From Octopus vulgaris (taxonomy: Eukaryota), in the NCBI GenBank assembly GCA_951406725.2, contig OX597819.1:39680001-39744000 (forward strand): a stretch of 64,000 nucleotides of DNA. The letters are read 5' to 3'. Numbering within the stretch: the first letter of the stretch is position 1; each line of letters starts with the position of its first letter. The translations under genes were made by a program, and so were the position numbers. The notes beneath the pieces were generated by a model. The model was not told the DNA's origin. It was given only the letters and a program-made list of their open reading frames with translations, and did not search any database. Of this stretch, positions 1 to 12,132 are shown piece after piece.

Positions 1-290
1 TTTGCTGTTAGCTTGTAAACAATATTGACTCACCTAGTTCAAATCGGTAAAGTGAAAAAGTTGGATAAGTGGGTTCCACATGAACTCAATGAAAATCAGA
101 AATAGCAACGTTTGGAAGCCTGCATTATGCTACTTTCTCGTCACAAAAATTAATCATCTTTGAATTGAATTGTAACGAAATGAGAAATGGATCCAATACA
201 ACAACCGTAAACGTTCAGCACAATGGTTAGACAAAGACGAGTCACCAAAACACAGTCGAAGAAGCAAAATTCATCAAACGAAGCTGATGG
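1..290 (+). mobile_element. Decayed mariner transposase fragment
   Basis: Frame from 31 reads HLVQIGKVKKLDKWVPHELNENQK*QRLEAC..., then EKWIQYNNRKRSAQWLD. WVPHEL is the mariner hallmark; stops and frameshifts present. Confidence 0.88.
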
Positions 291-376
291 CCTTGATAAC
301 GTTGTGTTAACATACATTTTCGGAAATATTGGTACTGATTTCAATGATATTGTGTGTGTGTGTGTGTGTGTGTGTA

Positions 377-439
<63 letters not shown>

Positions 440-709
440 GTGTGTGTAATTAGAAGAAAAAGGGATTAAAATATCCATGCAGACATCAATAAATTACTCA
501 GTTTTAAAAGAATTTGGTTGACAATATCGAACAATCTGGCACCAGTTGATGTATGTAGAATGACAAGTAGATCCAAGTAACCTTTAGAATTTCAAGAAAT
601 TCAGAGTAATTGACAACAAAAAATACGTATAGCGAAACTTACGTCTTTATTGTAGATTTCACTTTAGAAAGCCAACTGTAACTTCTATTCTATTAACACA
701 CACACACAA

Positions 710-712
<3 letters not shown>

Positions 713-742
<30 letters not shown>

Positions 743-1108
743 TGTATGTATGTATGTATGTATGTATGTATGTATGTATGTATGTATGTATGTATGTATG
801 TATGTATGTATGTATGTATGTATGTATGTATGTATGTATGTATGTATGTATGTATGTATGTATGTATGTATGTATGTATGTATGTATGTATGTATGTATG
901 TATGTATGTATGTATGTATGTATGTATGTATGTATGTATGTATGTATGTATGTATGTATGTATGTATGTATGTATGTATGTATGTATGTATGTATGTATG
1001 TATGTATGTATGTATGTATGTATGTATGTATGTATGTATGTATGTATGTATGTATGTATGTATGTATGTATGTATGTATGTATGTATGTATGTATGTATG
1101 TATGTATG
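713..1108. repeat. Long perfect (TATG)n microsatellite
   Basis: About 395 bp uninterrupted tetranucleotide repeat. Confidence 0.99.
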
Positions 1109-1109
1109 T

Positions 1110-1318
1110 GGCTAAGCGAGCAGGCCAACAGACGAAAGAGTGAGAGAAAGTTGTGGCGAAAGAGTACAGCAGGGATCTCCACCACGCTCTGCCGGGGCCT
1201 CGTGGAGCTTTAGGTGTTTTCGCTCAATAAACACTCACAACGCCCGGTCTGGGAATCGAAACCGCGATCCTACGACAACGAGTCCGCTGCCCTAACCACT
1301 GGGCCATTGCTCCTCCAC
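1110..1318 (-). mobile_element. tRNA-derived SINE family C (related copies about 14200-14573 and 43320-43617)
   Basis: Reverse strand starts GGAG..GCAATGGCCCAGTGGTTAGGG (A box) and has GGTTTCGATTCCC (B box); copies are mutually alignable. Confidence 0.8.
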
Positions 1319-1685
1319 ATATATATATATATATATAGAGATACACACACGATGGGATTCTTTCAGTTTCCGTCTACCAAAGCTACTTACAAGGCTTTTG
1401 GTCTGCCCACACTTGCCAAAGTGCTGTGCCGCGCTGGAACTATGTGGTTGGGAAGCAAGCTTCTTACCGCACAGAAACGCCTGCACCTGTGTTTATCCAT
1501 TTCTTTCACCACCTCGCGATTATTCCTTCTTAACGTTTCGTATCACCTATAAAGAATATGAAATCATTAACTGTTGGGTTTCATACGGACGGTAAATGAG
1601 TCTACGGTGAACCAAGTCTCAGCATTCCAGTTGTGTTATTGTCCTGATTCGATAACTTAATGTTATTTATATTGCCGGCTATCAA

Positions 1686-2115
1686 GGAGGCGAGTTTGCG
1701 GAGTCGTGAGCACGCCAGAGAAAATGCCTAACACCATTTCGTCCGTCTTTAGGATTTAAGTTCAAATCCCGCCGAGGTCGACTTTGCCTTTTATACTTCG
1801 AGGTTATTAAAATAAGTGTCAGTTGAGCACTGGCGTCGATGTAATCGGCTTATCACCTCCCCCAAAATTGCTGGCCTTGTGTCAAAATTTGAAAAGAATG
1901 TTACAAGTTATTAGAGTAGCGAGCTAGCAGAATCGCTAGCACGCCGAGCAAAATGCTTAGCGGCGTTTCGTCCGTCTTTGCATTCTAAGTTCAAATTCCT
2001 CCGAGGCTGACCTATCTTTCGGGGCCGATAAAATAAGTATCAGTTAATCACTGGGGTCGGTGTAATCGACTTATCCGCACCCCAAAATTGCTGGCCTTGT
2101 GCCAAAATTTGAAAT
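1686..2115 (+). mobile_element. Two tandem copies of SINE family B (GGCGAGCTGGCAGAATCGTTAG...)
   Basis: A-box-like TGGCAGAATCG, B-box GTTCAAATCC and a shared body. Further copies near 6483, 6765-7090(-), 31127, 36255-36440(-), 51560-51700(-), 51960-52160(-), 60330. Confidence 0.8.
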
Positions 2116-2376
2116 CTGTATTACAAGTTATATACTTTTGCCTTGTTTTCTTACTTGTTTTATACAATCTGGAGTTACATAATTATATTTGATATTTTTG
2201 CAAATAAAAATTACTTATAATTGAAGAAAAGTCTTAGTTTCACTAACATTGTTGTTTTGTTGAGCTCCAGATTGATACAGATTAAGCAAACTTTTGATCA
2301 GAGGCATTCCAGCCTTGATCATAAGTGAAACAGTGGTGCAACCAACGGATGACACAGAAAGTACAAATATAATATA

Positions 2377-2564
2377 GGCGTAGGAGTGGCTGTGTGGTAA
2401 GTAGCTTGCTTACCAACCACATAGTTCCGGGTTCAGTCCCTCTGCGTGGCACCTTGGGCAAGTGTCTTCTACTATAGCCTCGGGCCGACCAAAGCCTTGT
2501 GATTGGATTTGCTAGACGGAAGCTGAAAGAAGCCCGTCGTATATATGTGTATATATACATGTGT

Positions 2565-2613
<49 letters not shown>

Positions 2614-2832
2614 TGCATATGTTTGTGTGTCTGTATCTGTCTCCCCAGCATCGCTTGACAACCGATGCTGGTGTGTTTACGCCCCCGTAACTTAGCGGTT
2701 CGGCAAAACAGACCGATATAATAAGTACTAGGCTTACAAAGAATAAGTCCTGGGGTCAATTTGCTCGACTAAAAGCGGTGCTCCAGCATGGTCACAGTCA
2801 AATGACTGAAACAACTAAAAGAGTAAAAGAGT
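2377..2832 (+). mobile_element. tRNA-derived SINE family A with internal (TG)n
   Basis: GGCGTAGGAGTGGCTGTGTGGTAAG (A box), GGGTTCAGTCCC (B box), internal microsatellite, AAAAGAGT tail. Copies at about 24290-24730, 26750-26905, 50435-50570(-), 52450-52690, 63021-63437(-). Confidence 0.85.
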
Positions 2833-3325
2833 ATAATAATCAGAAACAAATCCCATATTACAGAAGAAATATGTTCCTGAAAATCTTACTATAACGGGCA
2901 ATTCCGTCACGTGAGATCTATTGGCAATTGCTTTCCATTTTACATAGATGTCAATGTTAATACATTTTAGGCTATAAAATTCCTCGTTAGATCTTCAGGA
3001 ACAAATCGCTTCTATAATGTGGGGAATTCTTGTATTGAACATTTGAATATTTCATTTAAGCGAGTTGCAATTGGTTGAGACCGATAGTATACCGGAATAC
3101 TGGTGGGGATTTCTGACTCGTGTCATGTTTGCAGCAATCAGTTAATGCGTAAATACCTCAAACTACTTAGTTCTAACTAGGTACTTCAATAAAGAATATC
3201 GTGTTGCCATAGCATTCTATGACTGTCATACAATTGATTTAGGTTACAACGCAGTTTAAATTTTCTGTGAGAATCACTTCGTCGATCAAAATGACGAATG
3301 GCGCATGGTTTCAAGCATGCAATAG

Positions 3326-3737
3326 CATCATCATCATCATTGTCCGACCGTGGTTGATACAATGGAATTTACTATGTTACGCCCGACTTCACGGTTCATC
3401 ATAGCATTACCCTGGAGATTACATCAGGGTAGGAGAGTGTGCGCCCTCTGGTATCGCGAACAGATGGCTTCCAGAGAAGGGTAGAAATTACCTCGTTTTC
3501 AGCTCTACAACAATGTCCAGCAAACTGGACTCTTCTACCTTTCATAAGAGATGATACAGGTGGTAGTTTCCCATATATTTGTACTTTGGTTGGATGACGC
3601 TTCCACGAGAGATTTTGAGCTCTCATAAGGAGGCCAGTGTAAGTTCCATCCAACCGCTTCTCAAGCTTCTTTGATAACGTCCAGGTTTCTGAGCCATATA
3701 GTAGAATTGGTTCGACTGTGGCTTTGAAGAATGGCAA
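3326..3737 (-). mobile_element. RTE-clade LINE 3' fragment
   Basis: FKATVEPILLYGSETWTL..LDGTYT.LL...W..H..GH is the typical RTE ORF C-terminus; ends in a (GAT)n tail. Confidence 0.85.
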
Positions 3738-6055
3738 TGATGTGCAGACGAACGACTACGAGGTTAAACGTTTTCATTTAATTCAGAACGGTAGAACAAA
3801 ACAGCCATGTCAGTCCTGTGGAGGATGTTTGTTCTTAGATATCCTTGTTATTCTTCTCATCTACAATCACCATCTAATGTTAAACTGATCACGGAAGTGG
3901 AAATAACTGAAAGTATTTATTACTTACCATGAACGCGTCTCCCTAGGCTGGGATATGTGGAGGATGGAAACATTCAGACCTTACTTGCTACAGTGAAGGA
4001 AAATATATGCAACAACGTGTGTGTGTGTGTATGCGTGTGTGATTATATTATTTGGTTATCAACTTAACAAATGATTCAAGGGTCTAACGTTTCGTACAGT
4101 GCTCTTATCGAACTTTCATAAGCTCAATGCACGGAACTCCCAAGCCTTAAGTTCCTTATGTAACGTTACAGCTGAATAAAAATGCATATACCACTTAAAT
4201 AAGTTCTATACCCTTTGATATTCTAACAAACTTACGCACTAATTCCTCTTTTACTGGCCACAGTCAAATAGAATATATGTGACAGACGTTTACCACTGTC
4301 AAATGTATTTGTTCACTTTCATTAATTTATAAATGCAGTCACGGTTAAAATTTATGGATATATTCCATAGAGAAATTTTGTATGAAAAATAAACACTGCT
4401 GATATACACGTACATACATATGTACAATAATATACACATACATATGTGCCTGTGAATTCTCTCCACGTCTCTCTCTACACGACCTGAGAGAAACCGTACC
4501 CTCCTCTGCCGCCGTTAAATAAATTACTGAAACTTCGGCTACCATGATTAGACCTGAGATGAATATTGGAGTCGTTTACCGTTGCGTTCTCGTGGCAGCT
4601 GGGATTTGAACGTAAACTGAAGTATTTTGCTCAAGAACATGTAAATACAATGTGCCGCCCGGTCCGGGAAGCGAACCCACAATCTAGCACTCGTGAGTGC
4701 AGCACTCTAACCACCAGGCCTAGTGTCTTCACACACACACAGACACATACATACACGCACACACACATACATACCCGCACATAATTTCTGGTATTTAGTA
4801 GTAACAGAATAAACACAGCGCTATGATGAATATTGTGTTTATGGATGTTTTTTTAATCCTTTCGTTAGAGAAGGAAGAGCAACACCCATAACAACCCCTT
4901 TTTTCTCATAACTTCCAAATCTGATGGGAAAAATGGAGTAGGCTACTTTCAAATCGGATCTCTGACCCGAATGCTTGTTATCGAGTGGACGCCGCTAAAT
5001 GCACCCAAAGGCCAAGGCAGATGTTTGAAGCAGGCGATGGATTAAGCCTAGCACTCAAGAACTCAGAATGGTAAAAAAAAAAATTTTTTAAAAACCCCAC
5101 AAGTTATTTTCGTGGGACACTAACACTTTCACCAACTTCGCGGAATTAATTTGTAGATCTCGAAAGCAAGAAAGACAAGGCTGGTTTTAGTGGGATTTGA
5201 ACGCAGACCAGAAAGCGCTAGAACAAATAACGCAAGGCATTTTATCTGGCCCTCTAAATGACTCTCCTCTTGTGTGTGTGGGTGTGTGCTGCGTGCGTGC
5301 GTGTGTTTCGGTATGTGTTTATATATATTTGTGTGGGTATGAATGTGTGCCTGTGTGTCTATGTATTTATGTTTGTACACATTTGTATCTTGTTCTTGTG
5401 TATACGCACAGGTGTATGGCTACACCTAAAAGATATTTATAGAAATTTTCTTTTCTTTTCCCCCCTTTTTTTCTTTTTGTTATTCCAAGGGCAAAGTAGA
5501 AGTTTCTTTGTAGGATGGGATTCACTGAATATTTGAAAGATTACATCAGCCCTTTAACAATTCTCTCTGTCTATGTGTGTGGGTGACGATGCGTATGTGA
5601 TACTGTGTATATATACGTATATCAGTAACAATCACTGCGTAGGAAAGCCATCAAGGTATTCATCCAATCTCTCCATAATGTGATTAATCATGGGAACGCC
5701 TTGTACACAAGCTATCACTTTCCAATGCTTATCAAATAACTTCAGAAATATCAAATGACAAGCCATATTGTAAATATATACAAGTATTCGTCGACATATG
5801 TACACACAAACAGAGTCAGTTGCGTTGGCGTAAGATAACATTCACTAGTCTTTGTTTGATTAATATTAATCTCTTTTATATTCTGACTATTTTAAACCAC
5901 TTCGGTTGAATGACAAAAATTTTTCTTTGAATTATCTCAAAACGAAAGGCATATTAGCCTTAATATAATAGCTTTTAAGCTCTAATATATATATAAACAT
6001 CGAATAGTAATTACATTGATGGTTTTTATTCGCTACGATCTTAGTCCTACTCTCA

Positions 6056-6376
6056 GTGAGGGCGCGTGGCTTAGTGGTTAGGGCATTCGGCTCATGATCG
6101 TAAGGTTGTGAGTTCGATTCCCGGCGACGCGTTGTGTCCTTGAGCAAGACACTTTATTTCACGTTGCTCCAGTCCACTCAGCTGGCAAAAATGAGTTGTA
6201 CTTGTATTTCAAAGGGTCAGCCTTGTCACTCTCTGTGTCACGCTGATTATCCCCGAGAACTACGTTAAGGGTACACGTGTCTGTGGAATGCTCAGCCATT
6301 TGCACGTTAATTTCACGAGCGAGCTGTTCCGTTGATCGTATCAGCTGGGACCCTCGTCGTCGTAACCGGCGGAGTC
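6056..6376 (+). mobile_element. tRNA-derived SINE family D (related copies about 22160-22470(-), 21540-21715(-), 4600-4730(-))
   Basis: GGCGCGTGGCTTAGTGGTTAGGG...GAGTTCGATTCCCGG tRNA-like head fused to a non-tRNA body. Confidence 0.82.
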
Positions 6377-7107
6377 TTTAAAGTCCTGCTCTCAATCAGT
6401 CGGCACCCGTAGACTTTAGAGCCCAGAAGAACTTATTATTATTCAGATACCACAGAAGAACTTATTATCACTTCATAAAGAAGGCAGTGAACTGGCAGAA
6501 TCGTTAGAGTCGAATAACCTGCTTAGTGGCATTTTTCCAACTTTATGTTCCGAGTTCAAATGACTCCGATGTCGGTTTTACCTTTCATCCTTTTCAGGGT
6601 CATTAAGGTAAGTACAAGTTGAACACTGGGGTCGATATAATTGACTATACCACCTCTCAACAAAATTTTAGATATTGTGCTTATCACTTACTTAAAGAAA
6701 TAGTACTTTCATGAACATACATGCGTGCATGCCTACGCTTTTGTATATTTTATATACATTGATTTCAAATTTTGGCACAAGGCCAGTAAGTTTGGATTAC
6801 ATCGAACCCAGTGCTCAACTGGTGCTTATTTTATCGATCCCGAAAGGATGAAAAGTAAAGTCGACCTCGGCGGAATTTGAACGTAAAAACAGACGAAATA
6901 CCTATTTCTTTACTACCCACAAGGGGCTAAACACAGAAGGGACAAAAAAGGACAGACAAACGGATTAAGTCGATTATATCGACCCCAGTGCGTAACTGGT
7001 ACTTAATGTATCGACCTCGGTGGAATTTGAACTCAGAACGTAAAGACAGACGAAATACCGCTAAGCATTTTGCTCGGCGTACAAGCTACCGACTTTCATT
7101 ATTATTA

Positions 7108-7217
<110 letters not shown>

Positions 7218-7771
7218 GAGTGAGAGAGCAGGGCATGCCATCAAAGGGACACTGGAGTCAAATATGCGAAGCCCAGTATACACATCATGACTACCTGTCT
7301 GATTAGGGTACACTAGGTACATGCATCACAACCATATGTGCGCGACATGGTGATCTCATATAAAAATAAACAGCGAATGACCTTGCATGTGGGGCCCAGT
7401 TAGAACTTTCTTCTGGTCGAGTAACCCATTCCACTCAAAAGGTCCCTGAATAAGGGATGTTTAAGGGTGTTGAACGAAACACCCATGTTTCCAGAGGTGA
7501 ATTATTAAAACCCCAAAGAATCCCTCTCAACACATGGCTATGATGCTCCCCCACTACTTCTGCTTGTGATCAGAGATGCACATATCGTCAGTCACTAAGG
7601 GACATGCTCAACAGGTTAAGGTCAAACAACTGACAAGAAAATCTGTGGTATTGAGCAGAATATTTGCTGTAGCCCATCTTTTATACCAAGACAAAACAAT
7701 GTACATGATAACACTTCCAATCAGTTAAGATCAGAAGCCACAAGAGCCACTGCCTGGTACTGCATCAGGGC
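7218..7771. mobile_element. Non-coding 554-bp insertion embedded in an (ATT)n/(TAA)n microsatellite
   Basis: Complex sequence flanked on both sides by long (TTA)n tracts. Resemblance to TAA-targeting Dong/R4-type elements is inferred from the target only. Confidence 0.55.
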
Positions 7772-7847
<76 letters not shown>

Positions 7848-8630
7848 GCTACTTTTTTATACCTCATGAATCAAACGAAAGAGTTTTTATTCTGGCAGTA
7901 CGAATTATTAGAAATAGCAGTTAAGTTTCCTTTTGACCATATCCTGCTGTCTTCAATGATGGCTACGGCTAGAATTGTTTTGGTCATATGTGTGGAGGGC
8001 ACGTAGCTTTTGCCAATATACATAAGTGAAAGATGTACGTATCATGGAGAAACGATAAAGTAGTGCCTTCGATCAAATATGACTCGGTGCAGTTTTTCTC
8101 TCACCCAAATTGCATAAATATTACCCAACGGTGCTGTCATATATATATATATATATTTGATGGCACAAAAGACGCACAGGCAAATTAGATGCACTCCAGT
8201 ATTATCGATTATCGATAGTTGCTTTGAGTTATGTCCCTTTCTTTCTGCTCTACAATTGGTTTTTGGTAAGACTATATTTAAGCATATTTAGTGGTAATGG
8301 ATCAACTGCTCTCTCTCTCTCTCACTCTCTCTCTCTCTCTCTCTCTCCCTCTGTTAGTCTCTATTTTAGATCGAAATAACATTGCTTTTGTCTTTGTTCT
8401 TACTTTCTGCACCAATCTTTTGTCTCTGTTCTGCTTGCTTTCGGTAGTAAGCCTTGCGTCCGTTTTGCTTTGGCGCTTTCCACACGATTGGTTCCCATCT
8501 CTCCCAAGCACCGATATCGTACTCACTCTGGCTAAAAAGCTGGTTGGTGAAACAGCTTTATTCGTGCCTGAATTTTTATCCTTTCCGTTGTCATGCAAAT
8601 CATTACCGTTGTCATAAATCCACATCCCAG

Positions 8631-8678
<48 letters not shown>

Positions 8679-8801
8679 AGGGTACTACTATTCGTAGATA
8701 CCAACACGCTAAGAGGGACCAATGCGGTCAAAACTACTAAAAATAAACAAAATTTTACCGAATGCAAAACTTCAAAACACATCATTTTAAAAAAAAATTC
8801 A

Positions 8802-8865
8802 GTTACATATCACATGTGATTTCGCATTTAATGCAGAATATGCATTTCATGTTCATCAGTGCAAC
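8802..8865 (-). ncRNA. Type I hammerhead ribozyme motif (inverted copy)
   Basis: Reverse complement of 9828-9891. Confidence 0.78.
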
Positions 8866-9328
8866 AAACTCAAAAAATACAAGAAAAACATAACATTACA
8901 AGCCCGATAGCCAACCGTAGAATTCGTCGTAGCATATACGAATGTTTATCTTTACATATCTATGAAAATGGCGGGCTTATTCGCAATGCATTTCGGTAAC
9001 AAATTGTCTAGTCGGAATAAAAATTCAGTATTGAATTATTCCGGTGAAAAATATAAATTAACAATTGAGGATAAAATCTTTAAAAGAAATTATCAGTAGT
9101 CAGCGTGAAAAACCTCGTAAGAGAAAAAATCCGTGGTGTATATATCGAGTTTTGTACGTATGTATTTGTATGTGTGAGTGTGTATATGGTTATGTTTGTG
9201 GGTGTGTGTATATAAGCCCGCCATTTTCATAGATATGTAAAGATAAACATTCGTACATGCTACGACGAATTCTACGGTTGGCTATCGGGCTTGTAATGTT
9301 ATGTTTTTCTCTTATATTTCTTGAGTTT

Positions 9329-9392
9329 GTTGCACTGATGAACATGAAATGCATATTCTGCATTAAATGCGAAATCATATGTGATATGTAAC
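9329..9392 (+). ncRNA. Type I hammerhead ribozyme motif (upstream tandem copy)
   Basis: Same fold as 9828-9891 with one change in the helix III loop (ATCATATGTGAT); predicted cleavage after 9386. Confidence 0.78.
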
Positions 9393-9827
9393 TGAATTCT
9401 TTTTTAAAATGATGTGTTTTGAAGTTTTGCATTCGGTAAAATTTTGTTTATTTTTAGTAGTTTTGACCGCATTGGTCCCTCTTAGCGTGTTGGTATCTAC
9501 GAATAGTAGTACCCTCAATATAATATAAATGAATATTTTCAAAGAGGAAGAATTTACGGATTTTTTTCTCTTACGGGGTTTTTCACGCTGACTACTGATA
9601 ATTTCTTTTAAAGATTTTATCCTCAATTGTTAATTTATATTTTTCACCGGAATAGTTCAATACTGAATTTTTATTCCGACTAGACAATTTGTTACCGAAA
9701 TGCATTGCGAATAAGCCCGCCATTTTCATAGATATGTAAAGATAAACATTCATACATGCTACGACGAATTCTACGGTTGGCTATCGGGCTTGTAATGTTA
9801 TGTTTTTCTCTTATATTTCTTGAGTTT

Positions 9828-9891
9828 GTTGCACTGATGAACATGAAATGCATATTCTGCATTAAATGCGAAATCACATGTGATATGTAAC
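9828..9891 (+). ncRNA. Type I hammerhead ribozyme motif
   Basis: Helix I GTTGCA/TGTAAC; core CTGATGA; helix II ACAT-ga-AATGCA-tattc-TGCATT-aa-ATGC; GAA; palindromic helix III ATCACATGTGAT; predicted cleavage after UA (9885). Confidence 0.8.
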
Positions 9892-10126
9892 TGAATTCTT
9901 TTTTAAAATGATGTGTTTTGAAGTTTTGCATTCGGTAAAATTTTGTTTATTTTTAGTAGTTTTGACCGCATTGGTCCCTCTTAGCGTGTTGGTATCTACG
10001 AATAGTAGTACCCTCAATATAATATAAATGAATATTTTCAAAGAGGAAGAATTTACGGATTTTTCTCTTACGAGGTTTTTCACGCTGACTACTGATAATT
10101 TCTTTTAAAGATTTTATCCTCAATTG

Positions 10127-10170
<44 letters not shown>

Positions 10171-10244
10171 ATTAAGGGAACTAAATAACGATCTTATCCT
10201 TATTTATATAAATTTATAGATATATATATATATATATATTTGTT

Positions 10245-10636
10245 GTGCAAGATTTTTTATGTGAAGTTGTGTGTTGAAACAGACATTGTTATATTTCGGA
10301 ATGGTCATTTTGCCAGTTTAACCAATAGAAACACACGCACTATATATTTGGTGTTACTTTGCTTCAGTGTTATTTATTTTTTACATTAATCTTAATCTTA
10401 TTTCGGCCAGAGTTCTTTCATCACACTCCTGTGACCGCATCAGTGATCATTTGCTTTCTTCTTTCTTATTTGTGTCTCTCCTTACTAACCGTCAGCTGAT
10501 TAAGATTAATGTAAAAAATAAATAACACTGAAAAAAAAATTTTTTAATAAATAACACTGAAGCAAAGTAACACCAAATATATAGGGCGTGTGTTTTTATT
10601 GGCTAAACTGGCAAAATGACCATTCCAAATACAACA
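10245..10636. mobile_element. Solo Penelope pseudo-LTR fragment with fold-back; decayed hammerhead at about 10405-10446 (-)
   Basis: Homologous to 13570-13822 in reverse orientation, then partially re-inverted; flanked by (TA)n. Confidence 0.75.
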
Positions 10637-11121
10637 TATATATATATATATAGGAATAAAAATTTATATATAAAGAACGTGAATTACACGAAGGGACGAA
10701 CACGGAAAACAGACAAGTCATTCGAAGCCTTCAATCTTCAGTCAGAAACCGAATCATCATGGCAAATTTCGGCTGATTAATTCTGATATTTGCTCCCCCT
10801 CGGCCAGCCCCAAGGAAAAAACTAAGCTGTGAGCATTAGATTTCTTGGTAGAAGGAAATAATGTAAACGCAACAGAGACGAATATAAATACAAGAAACGA
10901 AAACAAAATTGAAAACAGTAATGGTTAGAAACAGGATAACAACGGGTGTCTTACGTCTTTAGACAAAATGAGACAAAAACAACTTATCAGCAGGCGTGGA
11001 AACAATTACCTTTTCGGCAGAGGAGACACATGTTGAGCGAGCCGCGATCGCCAACGGAATGGCTTGTGAAGCAGCAATATATATATATTGGAAGGTTTGG
11101 AGATGATGTACAGGTATTATG

Positions 11122-11419
11122 TATTAGAAGAAATGAGGTAATCAGATCGGATGGTTCATATTTATAGATATTTATTTATATATTACATTTTTTACATATA
11201 TATATCATATAATTCAGATCATATCATTCAGATTATTAGCCTTTCTCCCATTTCAGTGGGGTTTTCAAATCAAATTTGATTTGAAAACCCCACTGTGGGA
11301 GAAAGCGCTAATAATCTGAATGATATGATCTGAATATATGATATATATATGTAAAAAATGTAATATATAAATAAATATCTATAAATATGAACCACCCGAT
11401 CTTCTGATTACCTCATTTC

Positions 11420-11427
<8 letters not shown>
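11122..11427. repeat. Near-perfect ~305-bp palindrome (fold-back) with no spacer
   Basis: Arms TATTAGAAGAAATGAGG...GGTTTTCAAATCAAA | TTTGATTTGAAAACC...CCTCATTTCTTCTAATA; centre 11274/11275. Confidence 0.92.
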
Positions 11428-11457
<30 letters not shown>

Positions 11458-11469
11458 CATACATATATA

Positions 11470-11537
<68 letters not shown>

Positions 11538-11547
11538 CATACATATA

Positions 11548-11604
<57 letters not shown>

Positions 11605-11840
11605 CAGTGTAAATTTAAACACATAAGAAATGTCCATCATAGGACTCCCTTACGCTGGAGGGAACAGCTAACGTCCAAACCACTAATTAGGGATAAAATG
11701 TCTTATGTGTTTAAATGTATAATATATTTTATATGAATAATATATAGTCTATTGACTAATTTTTCTATACGCTAGGCCACTGGTAGTAAAAATTTCTAAA
11801 ATCTTTATTACCCTGATATTATTAATTTATTAATTATATA

Positions 11841-11887
<47 letters not shown>

Positions 11888-12132
11888 GTATTTAGGAATG
11901 GTCATTTTGCCAGTTTAGCCAATAAAAACACACGCACTATATATTTGGTGTTACTTTGCTTCAGTGTTATTTATTTTTTACATTAATCTTAATCTCATTT
12001 AATATCAGGGTAATAAAGATTTTAGAAATTTTTATTTCCAGTGGCCTAGCGTATAGAAAAATTAGTCAATAGACTATATATTATTCATATAAAATACATT
12101 GTACATTTAAACACATAAGACATTTTATCCCT

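Larger units (their letters stand above)
8675..10131. repeat. 499-bp unit repeat: one inverted copy (8675-9134) plus about 1.8 tandem copies (9212-10131), bounded by (TA)n
   Basis: ATAAGCCCGCC recurs at 9212 and 9711 (period 499); 8675-9134 is the reverse complement of a circular permutation of the unit. Confidence 0.93.

Noticed and set aside
685-1213. ORFs such as [12 protein letters not shown] repeats throughout the window
   Set aside because: Translations of microsatellites that lack stops by composition.
6058-6130. tRNA-like sequence
   Set aside because: Fused to a repeat body and present in dispersed copies, so a SINE head rather than a tRNA gene.
8675-10131. CRISPR-like or coding interpretation of the repeated units
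   Set aside because: Eukaryotic context, no spacer structure, and the short ORFs differ between copies by frameshifts.
10715-10785. CTGAAGA...CGAA on the minus strand in a TA-bounded block
   Set aside because: Could not build helices II and III convincingly by eye.
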